Part shown: in pieces, positions 9,028-17,347 of the stretch
How the letters are laid out: every line of letters begins with the position of its first letter
How positions within the stretch are numbered: the stretch's first letter is position 1
From: a virus
Lineage: Duplodnaviria; Caudoviricetes
Direction: 5' to 3' (one strand)
Virus record (IMG/VR): IMGVR_UViG_3300017774_007358
Location: 1 to 48,716 of that record
Length of the DNA stretch: 48,716 nucleotides
The notes under the pieces: model-generated
What the model saw: the letters and a program-made list of their open reading frames with translations, nothing else
What the model was told of the DNA's origin: nothing
Databases searched by the model: none
Program-made: the position numbers and the translations under genes

Positions 9028-10650
9028 TTATATTGTTACTGCTGGGGCTTCTTCTCCTTCGGCAGCTCCTGCTTCCCCTTCTTTTCCGCCTTCCTTTTTA
9101 GCTTCTTTTTCTTTTTCTTTTTTCTTTCTTTCTTTTATTTCCTCGTTTGATTTAAGATCTTTCTTATCAATACCTAGAAAATTTTCAACAAGGAAAGGAA
9201 CAGAAAAATAAGGTTTTTCGTCATCCCCCATTAATCCAACCATAGCGGTAACGGATTCTTTTCTTTTGTTTATAACATCTATTTCCTGGTTTACTTTAAA
9301 AGGATTATCGGAGAAAAAATTAAGCCCTAACTGGGATTTAAAAATAAAATCTTTTTCTAATTCTTTGTGTTTTTTTACTATTTGAACCCAAAGGGGTTTA
9401 ATTAAAATATCTTGAAATACTGTTCTTAATCTCTCTATGAATTTAAAAAATCTTATCTCGTCCTTATCGAACCCCTCCCCGACGTTCGAGTACGTGGCCG
9501 AGCTACCGCCCTCGGGGGTAGAAAATCTAGAAGGTGGTATCTTACTTTCCTGTATGTATCTATCGAAGAAATAATTTAATGGTGTTGAATCATTTAAATT
9601 AGGGCCTTCACTATTTATGGGTTCTATAGTAGGGGTTCCACCTTGGCCGGATGGCATTAAATAATTTTTATAAAATTGGATTTTAGGCTTTCCGTCTATC
9701 ATTAATTCCCCCGTCTCATTATTTAAATCAAAATCCTCTTTGTAAATACTCATCAATTCCCCTAGTGTCTGCATCCCTTTTTGCATAGATTTAGTACCTA
9801 CAGGAACAGTCATTTTCATTCTGAACTGGGAATTCATCACCGACCATATTACCCTAGTGTATTCTATTGTTCTTAGAATATTAAAAGGTCTTATCAATCT
9901 CTCTACGTAGCTTATTCTAGATATTGAATTTCCTTTAGCGTAGGAAATGTATATTATTTGAGGTTCGTAAAGGGTTCTTCTTTTTTTAGGGTCCTGTGGA
10001 TATTGGGTCCATGTACTAAGAAAAGTTCCATCCGATTGTTTTTCTACACTGGGAACTAAAGTAACAGGATCTAATTCTTTAAATCCTATTATATTTTTAC
10101 CATCATCATCAAATATAATCTCGAATGATAAAAATCCATCAACTAAAAATTGTCTAAAATATTGCCATCCTGTTATATCATCGGAAAATCCCCATATATC
10201 ATATAATTTTTTATATGCATCATAAAGATCGTCCTTGAATTTTTCATTTATATCAGTAAGATCCAGAAATGCTGGATATGCAAAATAATTTGCTGGATCG
10301 TACGAGATAGATTCATCACATATTGTATCTAATACCCATTCTATTTCAGGATTTAAAGAAAATTTTCTTAAATAATCTCTTTTTCCTTTGTAATCCTTAT
10401 CAAAATATGTGATGTATTGTTTTGTGTTTATGTCCTGTTTAGCTAAAGCCCAAGATAAATTTTCATCTTCTTTTCCTGCATGAGCATCCTTGTTTAAAAA
10501 ACTAGCTTCGGTTACACCTACTGCTTGTGAGTTTCTTACAACCATATCATCGTATTTCATACCAAAAGTACTAAGACTTTTTAAGGATTGTCTTATCCGA
10601 TCTACTGCTCCTGGTGATGAAGGTTTATTATTTTCTACGAATCCTGCCAT
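9028..10650 (-). CDS. gp20: Portal protein (T4 gp20-like), paralog 1
   Basis: Same motif series: EIEWVLDTICDE, FRQFLVDG, KELDP, SYVERLIRPFN, KIPPSRF, DEIRFFKFIERLR. Confidence 0.85.
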   Translation of the reverse strand: MAGFVENNKPSSPGAVDRIRQSLKSLSTFGMKYDDMVVRNSQAVGVTEASFLNKDAHAGKEDENLSWALAKQDINTKQYITYFDKDYKGKRDYLRKFSLNPEIEWVLDTICDESISYDPANYFAYPAFLDLTDINEKFKDDLYDAYKKLYDIWGFSDDITGWQYFRQFLVDGFLSFEIIFDDDGKNIIGFKELDPVTLVPSVEKQSDGTFLSTWTQYPQDPKKRRTLYEPQIIYISYAKGNSISRISYVERLIRPFNILRTIEYTRVIWSVMNSQFRMKMTVPVGTKSMQKGMQTLGELMSIYKEDFDLNNETGELMIDGKPKIQFYKNYLMPSGQGGTPTIEPINSEGPNLNDSTPLNYFFDRYIQESKIPPSRFSTPEGGSSATYSNVGEGFDKDEIRFFKFIERLRTVFQDILIKPLWVQIVKKHKELEKDFIFKSQLGLNFFSDNPFKVNQEIDVINKRKESVTAMVGLMGDDEKPYFSVPFLVENFLGIDKKDLKSNEEIKERKKKEKEKEAKKEGGKEGEAGAAEGEEAPAVTI

Positions 10651-10680
10651 AATTACTATTAGAGATTATACCCCTTTTTT

Positions 10681-11277
10681 CTATTTTAATTTCGATTTAT
10701 ATTCTTTATATATCTCAAATGAACTCAGGCCCTCAAACGTATTCAATTCTAAGAAAGGAATTCTTACCCAATCCTCAGATTTTATCTCTTTTATATTAGA
10801 AAAATATTCATACTTAAATCCAAAAATAGATTTTTTATACCCGGTTTTATTAAGAATAGAATCTAAATTAGTGGGGGAAAGAGGTAAAGGAGCTTTTGTT
10901 TTTTTAGGGTCAGTATTTTTAGATATCTGGTCTCCGAATTCATTCCAGATCCGGTTTAATATTACTTCTCTTATTTCATAGGGTATGGTAGAAAGATCTA
11001 TCCCGTAAACGATATTTTCATTTAATAAAGTTTTTGAATAATTAAGAAAAATAAAAATAGGATTTCTATTTATAAATCTTCTTTTTTCCGAAATTTTGCT
11101 AGGGGTTTTATACCCAAAAGAATAGATTATTCCAGGAACAAAAGGGAGAGCAAAAGAAGAATATTTACTATTTTCTAAATAATTCTTAGAAAAAAAATCA
11201 TTAGATTCTTTTATACGATCCTGCTGGGTTTTGTATTCGGTAGAATATTCTTTTATTAATTCTTCAAAGCTTTTCAT
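10681..11277 (-). CDS. DNA end protector (T4 gp2-like)
   Basis: PGIIYSFGY, NPIFIF, GIDLSTIP...R..IL and EDWVRIPFL resemble gp2; adjacent to the gp4-like gene as in T4. Confidence 0.6.
   Translation of the reverse strand: MKSFEELIKEYSTEYKTQQDRIKESNDFFSKNYLENSKYSSFALPFVPGIIYSFGYKTPSKISEKRRFINRNPIFIFLNYSKTLLNENIVYGIDLSTIPYEIREVILNRIWNEFGDQISKNTDPKKTKAPLPLSPTNLDSILNKTGYKKSIFGFKYEYFSNIKEIKSEDWVRIPFLELNTFEGLSSFEIYKEYKSKLK
10707..10714 (-). promoter_or_regulatory. Putative late promoter GATATATA for the portal operon
   Basis: Octamer in the 3' end of the gp2-like gene, upstream of the portal ATG at 10650. Confidence 0.5.
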
Positions 11278-11759
11278 TTACCTTTGAATAAAAAATTCTC
11301 ATTTATGACTCCGAATCTAAACCCTCTTTGTTCCGCCCATAATTTAGCTGCTTTGAATTTTGATTGGTTGGTTATCCAGATTTGCATATTTCTATTATAT
11401 GCTTTCAATTTAGGGGTTGTCATATTACCTTCATAAATTGGTTTTAGTGTTTGCTTCTCTGGTTTTATCTCTATTATCCATTCCTGCTCACCCCCATCAT
11501 TATTTAGTGTCTTCATGTAAAAATCAACATTATATTGATGTTCTTTTTTATCTAAAGGATTGTAGTAGGGGATCTTTAGGGGCTCGGAGCTCCACTTTAG
11601 TATGGATTCATTAGTATCACAGTAAATACAAAATCTTTGCTCCCACGACGATCTAAATATGATATTATGGATATCCCCTATGTATTTATCGGGATTCTTC
11701 GGTACATATTTTCCCGATTTATATTCTCCGTTGGGTTTTACTTTTTTTATGTCAACCAT
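11274..11759 (-). CDS. gp4: Head completion nuclease (T4 gp4-like, TnsA-like fold)
   Basis: GKYVPKNPDKYIGD, RSSWE, WSSE..KIPY, YNVDF, IEIKP, NQSKFKAA. Confidence 0.9.
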   Translation of the reverse strand: MVDIKKVKPNGEYKSGKYVPKNPDKYIGDIHNIIFRSSWEQRFCIYCDTNESILKWSSEPLKIPYYNPLDKKEHQYNVDFYMKTLNNDGGEQEWIIEIKPEKQTLKPIYEGNMTTPKLKAYNRNMQIWITNQSKFKAAKLWAEQRGFRFGVINENFLFKGK

Positions 11760-11789
11760 AATCTAGATTTTATAATCTATTTATTTCGA

Positions 11790-12149
11790 TTATATGTTAT
11801 ATGTATTGTCATCACCTGTAATGTAACTAAATGGTATTGTTTTAGGACTTTTTGGGGGATGAATCTTTTTCCAGCCTTTAGCAAAACCATTTTTAGCTAT
11901 CTGGGTAAAATAAGAAAAAGCATTATCTGATTTTTCGGGTTTAAACCTGTCCCAATATTTACACAAATCCTCCATGGCAAATGCCATACAATCCTCTTTA
12001 TCTGCTGGATCTTTATATGACATTTTTTTAGAAATCCCATCAATTATTAAGTAAAACATCCTAACTATTTCAGGATTTAAACTGCCTTTCTCTTTAGATG
12101 CTTTAAACTCTGCTAGAAGGTCTTTGTTTTTAACATATATTTTCGCCAT
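11790..12149 (-). CDS. gp55: Late-transcription sigma factor (T4 gp55-like)
   Basis: YVKNKDL, KEDC...A.E...KYWDRFKPEKSDNAFSYFTQIAKN. Confidence 0.85.
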   Translation of the reverse strand: MAKIYVKNKDLLAEFKASKEKGSLNPEIVRMFYLIIDGISKKMSYKDPADKEDCMAFAMEDLCKYWDRFKPEKSDNAFSYFTQIAKNGFAKGWKKIHPPKSPKTIPFSYITGDDNTYNI

Positions 12150-12203
12150 TTTTTGTTTTTTGTTATTGATGTCTTAGTGAATAAAAATAAAATGATTTCG
12201 ATT

Positions 12204-12234
12204 AAAAAAAAAGGGAATCCGAAGATTCCCTTTT
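12204..12234 (-). terminator. Intrinsic terminator with C(UUCG)G tetraloop
   Basis: AAAAGGGAATC-TTCG-GATTCCC-T9 on the minus strand. Confidence 0.9.
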
Positions 12235-12236
12235 AC

Positions 12237-12389
12237 TTATTTTCTTTTTTCTTCACCTTCGTCTTCTGTGTCTTTTACAGAAGCTTCTTTTGGTGCTTTT
12301 GCCATGAATTTAGATAGATCCTGGTCAAATTTTTCTTTTGTCTCTTTTTGATTTTTAAAAAAGGGAGCAAAATAAAAGTTGCGATCTAC
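12237..12389 (-). CDS. Putative -1 frameshift extension (50 aa) of the 725-aa protein
   Basis: The -1 frame is open from the A9-G-TAG site: VDRNFYFAPFFKNQKETKEKFDQDLSKFMAKAPKEASVKDTEDEGEEKRK*, ending 2 nt before the terminator. Confidence 0.55.
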   Translation of the reverse strand, partial: VDRNFYFAPFFKNQKETKEKFDQDLSKFMAKAPKEASVKDTEDEGEEKRK

Positions 12390-14563
12390 TTTTTTTTTAA
12401 CAATTCTTGTTCGTTAAGAGTTGTATTATATCCATGATTATGATCTATATTCATAGTAGAATTTTTAACCTCAAACCCTATTTTTTCTTTCTTTCCCGGT
12501 GCATTAGAAAATCCATGCCCTTCTTTAAATTTCCCTAAATATTCTCTTTGTGCGTTAAGCTCACTTTTAGATACTTTTCTTGCTTCTTTTACTCCTTCTT
12601 CCCCATCTTCGTCTGAATCCTCTGAATCTCTTTCGTTGTCTTCTGCGGCTTTATTTAAAGATTCTTCTAAATCTGCAATTTCACCTATTGTATGGTCGGT
12701 AGTTTTTCCGCTATCTAATAAAATGGTATATCTACCTGAACTTCCGTCTATAGATAAAACTTTTCCAGTTTCGCCTGATTCTTTAACTTTAACAAAATCC
12801 CCTATTTTAAATTTTTCATCTTCAAAAATATCATCATCTATTTCTACTAAATTATCTTCTACTCTTTCTATTTCAATATTTAAATGGTTCCATTTTTCTC
12901 TAAGGGTTGATAATTCTTTACATAAACTATAGTGTGCGCTTTTTAATTCTTCGCTTTCTTTTAATTCTGGCTTATTTCCAAAAAATGATTCTATTTTTTC
13001 TATTTCAGATTCTATTGTGGTAATGTTATTCAGAATTTGATTTCTGTCATTCATCATAATAGATTTTCTTTTATAATCTCCTTCTAAAAATTCGGTTAAC
13101 CCCTCTGATATATCATATCTTAAGTAATCCTTAACAGCTTTAACTGCTTGTGATCCGTTTACTTTAAAAAGAGATTTTTCTCTCATTGATTCATTTACTC
13201 TTTGAAGATAGATTTGATTTTCCCATTTAATAAGATTAATAGAAACCCCTTCGTAGATATTAGAAACTATAGATTTTGCAAAATCAAGTTCTACGATATT
13301 ATCATAATTTTCATAAATAGTAATAATATCATTAACTAAAGTGCTCTCTAGCATTCCTAAATTAGAAGTAACTTCAATTCCTATAATTTTTGCAAGATCT
13401 ACGCTGGTTCTAAAATTTAATTTACTTTTACCTAAATAAACAGAATTTTTAGTTCCTTCTTCTATTATTCTTACCGTATTTTTTCCTATAGAGATATAAG
13501 CTCCATTTTCATCTATTCTTACATTTGGCTTTGAACAAATGGATAATAGGGATAAATAAGATTTAGGAACTGTTTTTTTAATTTCAGATTCGCTAAGTTT
13601 ATTAAATCCAGTATATCCAGCAGAAAATAAATCTCCTCCTAAAGGAAATACCGTTCTTCCCTCTTCGATTAACACAGGGGAAAATAAAGATTCTACTCTA
13701 GATTCTCCTTGGCTAACTCTAGGAAGATTTAAATACCCACTATTTTTAGATTCGCTAATTTTTATAGAATTGGATAGGTTTCTAATTAATGGATTAAATT
13801 CCCATCTTTTTATTTGCTTTAATAAAAGATTAGTAGATTTACTTTCGGTAACTAGCCAAGAATTTAAAATATCAGCTAAATCTGAATAAAAGCTATAACT
13901 TCCTCCGTTTCTTAATCCTTCTAAAACTTTAGAAACCTCAATTTCTCTAGAGTATTTTTTTATTTTTTCCGAGATTGTTTCTATAACATCTTTAACGTCA
14001 GAATCCCATCCAATTTTAGAAAGTTCATTTACGTAAGATTCTGCTAATAAAAATTCTTTAACCCCTTTATCTTCAACTAAGCTTCTAAATTGCTCACAAA
14101 CAATTTTAGTTTGTGGGTAAGAATAAATAGATTTAGTTTTTAAAAATTCTAGAGATTCTAGAATTCCAAGATTATTAAGTTTTTGTAGTTCTCTGAAAGA
14201 TCTAGCACTTCCGTCTACTAAAGATAAATCATCTAATTGGTCTATTAGTGATTCATTTAATGAGTTGCTAGGATTATTAGTAATAAAAGTTCCGCTATTC
14301 CCTGAACTAGTATTTTTTAAACCTCCCCAGGATTCCATTAATGACTGGGCAGATCTTCTAGATATTTCGGATTGCTCATTTTTTATAGCATCTACGTGTT
14401 CTTTTATATTATCGGAAAAATTAGAATCTTCTTCATTAATGTTATTAAAAAAAGATTCTGGATCTATTTTCATACCTCCGTTAAGGTAGCTTTCGCATAA
14501 TTCTCTAACTTTTGGAGATTTTGTTAGATCTTTTAATTTTTTAATTTGATTTACGAAATCCAT
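12386..14563 (-). CDS. Large virion protein, putative prohead core/scaffold-like, with coiled coil and SH3/KOW-like domain
   Basis: GATATATA upstream; many (L/I/V)-x-E sites (NINE, SLME, SLNE, LVTE, RVNE, TLNE); FKIGDFVKVKESGETGKV motif. Confidence 0.55.
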   Translation of the reverse strand: MDFVNQIKKLKDLTKSPKVRELCESYLNGGMKIDPESFFNNINEEDSNFSDNIKEHVDAIKNEQSEISRRSAQSLMESWGGLKNTSSGNSGTFITNNPSNSLNESLIDQLDDLSLVDGSARSFRELQKLNNLGILESLEFLKTKSIYSYPQTKIVCEQFRSLVEDKGVKEFLLAESYVNELSKIGWDSDVKDVIETISEKIKKYSREIEVSKVLEGLRNGGSYSFYSDLADILNSWLVTESKSTNLLLKQIKRWEFNPLIRNLSNSIKISESKNSGYLNLPRVSQGESRVESLFSPVLIEEGRTVFPLGGDLFSAGYTGFNKLSESEIKKTVPKSYLSLLSICSKPNVRIDENGAYISIGKNTVRIIEEGTKNSVYLGKSKLNFRTSVDLAKIIGIEVTSNLGMLESTLVNDIITIYENYDNIVELDFAKSIVSNIYEGVSINLIKWENQIYLQRVNESMREKSLFKVNGSQAVKAVKDYLRYDISEGLTEFLEGDYKRKSIMMNDRNQILNNITTIESEIEKIESFFGNKPELKESEELKSAHYSLCKELSTLREKWNHLNIEIERVEDNLVEIDDDIFEDEKFKIGDFVKVKESGETGKVLSIDGSSGRYTILLDSGKTTDHTIGEIADLEESLNKAAEDNERDSEDSDEDGEEGVKEARKVSKSELNAQREYLGKFKEGHGFSNAPGKKEKIGFEVKNSTMNIDHNHGYNTTLNEQELLKKK

Positions 14564-14586
14564 TTTTTGTCTATTTAAGTGTGATC

Positions 14587-14594
14587 TATATATC
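14587..14594 (-). promoter_or_regulatory. Putative late promoter GATATATA
   Basis: Intergenic, upstream of the ATG at 14563. Confidence 0.6.
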
Positions 14595-14622
14595 TTTTTG
14601 AAAATAAAAAAATTAGAATTTA

Positions 14623-15108
14623 TTATCTTGCAACAAGAATTTCTAATTTAATTGTAATGTCGGTATGGGGATTACAGAATATTATTCCCCCGTTTGTATA
14701 TACTGTGCCCGGCTGGGATATATTCCATCCTGCTGGTTCGGAAGAAAAATCTGTGATGTTTAATCCGGATAAAAGCATAATCTTTCCCATATTATAAACT
14801 CCTCCCTGATATTCCCAGCTTAAATATTTTCGAGTTTCTAAAGTATTATCAGGAAATGTTGATTTTACTAATATAAAAGAAACAAATCCCTCATTATCAG
14901 AAATGTCGGTTTGGCTTAATAGGTAACAAGACGAAGGGGTTAAATTTATTCTAAGTTTGGAATATGATGTTATTTCTTCAAACATATCATCAAACCTTAT
15001 AAATTTTTCTGGGTAATTAGTAGTTGGGGTATCCAGAACTAAATAGCCTCTGTTAAATCTAAATCCAGAAGCTTCGTCATATGGACATTCAATAGGTCTA
15101 GTTGCCAT
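14623..15108 (-). CDS. Hypothetical beta-rich structural protein, paralog of 15108..15785
   Basis: Shares VS..vVK, W.Y, MG.IM.LSG, GW.I and GGI.F.NP motifs with its neighbour. Confidence 0.7.
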   Translation of the reverse strand: MATRPIECPYDEASGFRFNRGYLVLDTPTTNYPEKFIRFDDMFEEITSYSKLRINLTPSSCYLLSQTDISDNEGFVSFILVKSTFPDNTLETRKYLSWEYQGGVYNMGKIMLLSGLNITDFSSEPAGWNISQPGTVYTNGGIIFCNPHTDITIKLEILVAR

Positions 15109-15785
15109 TAGTTAGCTGTTAAAATTATTAATTTCACGGTTTTTTCTGTGGGGTTAGTAAAAGATATCCCCCCGTCGTTTATATCAGGATTTGCAGTGTG
15201 AGCATAATCGGAAAAAGGATCTATATCCCATCCGTGCCAAATAGATCCATTCTTTATTGATCCTGATAATATCATAATAGATCCCATTATTTTTCTAGGG
15301 GTATTTCCATAGTCCCAGAATATCATCTTTTCGTTAGGATCTGCTTCTGGCAGATATTCAGCTTTAACTACTAAAAGGGAAACCTCGCCTTCAGTAGAAT
15401 AAAAAGAAGAAGGGTCTAGATTTATTGTGGTTAAAGGGTCAATTACAACTGTTTGTTTTTGATATTCGGAGAAAGATTGTAAGGGGTGGAAAAATTCTGC
15501 AAGAGAAACTTTATCCATAGTCTCCTCTTTTCTTATTACCGAATAATATTCTTTTATGAATTTAACCTTCGATTGATCATTAAATCTTCTAAAAGTTGCA
15601 TCTATTCTTTTAAGATCTTTCTTTTGTAAAGCAATATTAGCGTATGCAGTCACAAATCCTCCAGTAGCACCAGACGGTTGGGGACTTAAGGGGTATTGGG
15701 AATTCCCCCCGTCAATTTCGGAGCCCTGGCCTGAAGAATTTCCTCCGTCTATATTTAATATTTCGTCATTTGGATCTGCCATCAC
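15108..15785 (-). CDS. Hypothetical beta-rich structural protein, paralog of 14623..15108
   Basis: Same shared motifs; N-terminal IDGGNS repeated twice. Confidence 0.7.
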   Translation of the reverse strand: MMADPNDEILNIDGGNSSGQGSEIDGGNSQYPLSPQPSGATGGFVTAYANIALQKKDLKRIDATFRRFNDQSKVKFIKEYYSVIRKEETMDKVSLAEFFHPLQSFSEYQKQTVVIDPLTTINLDPSSFYSTEGEVSLLVVKAEYLPEADPNEKMIFWDYGNTPRKIMGSIMILSGSIKNGSIWHGWDIDPFSDYAHTANPDINDGGISFTNPTEKTVKLIILTAN

Positions 15786-16394
15786 TTAAGTTATTTTAGT
15801 TGGATCCAGATCATAATAGATAGTATCCCTTAATTTTCTAGATCTGTTAGTATTTTCTATATTCTCTATTTTTTCTTCCCTAATTTCTCCCTCCTGTTCG
15901 ATGGTTTCTATAGGTTCTACTATCATTTCTTCTTCTTGGGTTTCTATTTTTGGCTCGTTTTTATCTGGGCGAATATAATCGACCAAAGCTTTTATAAAAC
16001 CTAAGGAAACCAAAGGAAGAATAGCTCCGCTTATTATAGAAAGAATTCTTTTTTGAAATATAGGTTCTTCTTCGGATAGCCCAAATAATTCACTCCATTG
16101 GCTAAAATCAGATAAATGAATATACGCAAAATAAGTATTTCCTATAGCTTGCATTGCGGTCAATGTAAAGAATAGAGACCAAACTATAAATTTATTCATC
16201 TTATCCATTACTATTATAGAAGCTAAAGAAGCTGCTGCTCCTATTTCAAAAGCTATAGCTAAAAATACAGAAAGCCATTTAGGATTTGTCATCTCAAAAA
16301 AATCGATTACGTGTATAGTAGAAATAACCGAAACTACCAAATAAAGTAAAACGAAAGTTGATATTATAAATATGCTTATCCCTCTATTTTTCAT
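15786..16394 (-). CDS. Multi-pass membrane protein
   Basis: About four hydrophobic segments followed by an acidic soluble tail. Confidence 0.7.
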   Translation of the reverse strand: MKNRGISIFIISTFVLLYLVVSVISTIHVIDFFEMTNPKWLSVFLAIAFEIGAAASLASIIVMDKMNKFIVWSLFFTLTAMQAIGNTYFAYIHLSDFSQWSELFGLSEEEPIFQKRILSIISGAILPLVSLGFIKALVDYIRPDKNEPKIETQEEEMIVEPIETIEQEGEIREEKIENIENTNRSRKLRDTIYYDLDPTKIT

Positions 16395-16398
16395 AGAA

Positions 16399-16683
16399 TT
16401 ATTTTGGTGTATTTATTTTAGATTTTATATCAGAAAGAGAAGCTTTTCCCTTATCGAAATCGTCTTCATAAATAAGAAAATTAAACATGGTTTCGTTCAT
16501 TTCATTTCTTATATCTTCTTTCGTAGGTATTACTAAAGAATCTACTTTATTATTTATAGATTTTACCGATTTTTCCATTCTATCTATATCTCTATTAACC
16601 CCGCATTGTCTTAATAGCATAAAAAAAACTAGGATTAAGGTAATTGCCCATGAGTAATTTTTAATTTTTTCTATTGTTTTCAT
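16399..16683 (-). CDS. Small membrane-anchored coiled-coil protein
   Basis: N-terminal hydrophobic helix ending LLRQC, then a heptad-like region. Confidence 0.65.
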   Translation of the reverse strand: MKTIEKIKNYSWAITLILVFFMLLRQCGVNRDIDRMEKSVKSINNKVDSLVIPTKEDIRNEMNETMFNFLIYEDDFDKGKASLSDIKSKINTPK

Positions 16684-16697
16684 AACTTATTTTTTTA

Positions 16698-16705
16698 TAT
16701 ATATC
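16698..16705 (-). promoter_or_regulatory. Putative late promoter GATATATA
   Basis: Between a terminator and the ATG at 16683. Confidence 0.6.
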
Positions 16706-16720
16706 TATCCTTATTCCATT

Positions 16721-16750
16721 AAAAAAGCCAAGAAGAAAACTCCTTGGCTT
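16721..16750 (-). terminator. Intrinsic terminator
   Basis: AAGCCAAG-N10-CTTGGCTT followed by Ts on the minus strand. Confidence 0.7.
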
Positions 16751-16772
16751 GATCGAATTATAAAAGAGAAAA

Positions 16773-17294
16773 TTAACCTAAAGATATCCCTTGCATTGCA
16801 GCTGAAAGGTTCTTTTCTAAATCTTGTAAGATTTGGTTATCACTTTTAACATCATTAAGTGCTTGGTCGAAAGATCTATACAATTCTATAAAATTGCTAG
16901 CTTCGGTTAAGCCTTTACCTTTAACTTTATTTAAAAAATAATGGGTTGCTTCTATAGGAAGAGCTCCCATATAGATAACATTATCCTTAATTTTTTCAGA
17001 TTTTATTTTTTGTATCTGTTTATTAACTTCAACAACGCCTAAAGCTTCAGTAGAATTCCATTCAGCTTCTTCGGCCATAAAATTTTCATATCTTCTTAAG
17101 AGAGATTCTTTCATAGAGATAGCATATAGTTTTTCTCTGTTTTCTTTTCTTTTATCCCCTAATTCTTTTTCTAACGAATTAACTAATTCTTGATCCACAG
17201 AAACATTCAATTCGGTTTCGTTGAAATCAATTTGAGAAGATCCACCAGGTAGATTGTTAGGATTTAAAGGAATAGATTCTTTTTTAGTTGCCAT
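16773..17294 (-). CDS. Hypothetical helical protein
   Basis: Intact ORF with its own promoter-like motif and terminator. Confidence 0.7.
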   Translation of the reverse strand: MATKKESIPLNPNNLPGGSSQIDFNETELNVSVDQELVNSLEKELGDKRKENREKLYAISMKESLLRRYENFMAEEAEWNSTEALGVVEVNKQIQKIKSEKIKDNVIYMGALPIEATHYFLNKVKGKGLTEASNFIELYRSFDQALNDVKSDNQILQDLEKNLSAAMQGISLG

Positions 17295-17317
17295 TTTATT
17301 TTAATTTTTATTTTTAA

Positions 17318-17345
17318 ATTATACAGGATATATTAAAAATGTTTC
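17318..17345 (-). promoter_or_regulatory. Putative middle promoter GAAAC-N17-TATAAT
   Basis: Exact bipartite motif in the intergenic region. Confidence 0.6.
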
Positions 17346-17347
17346 AT

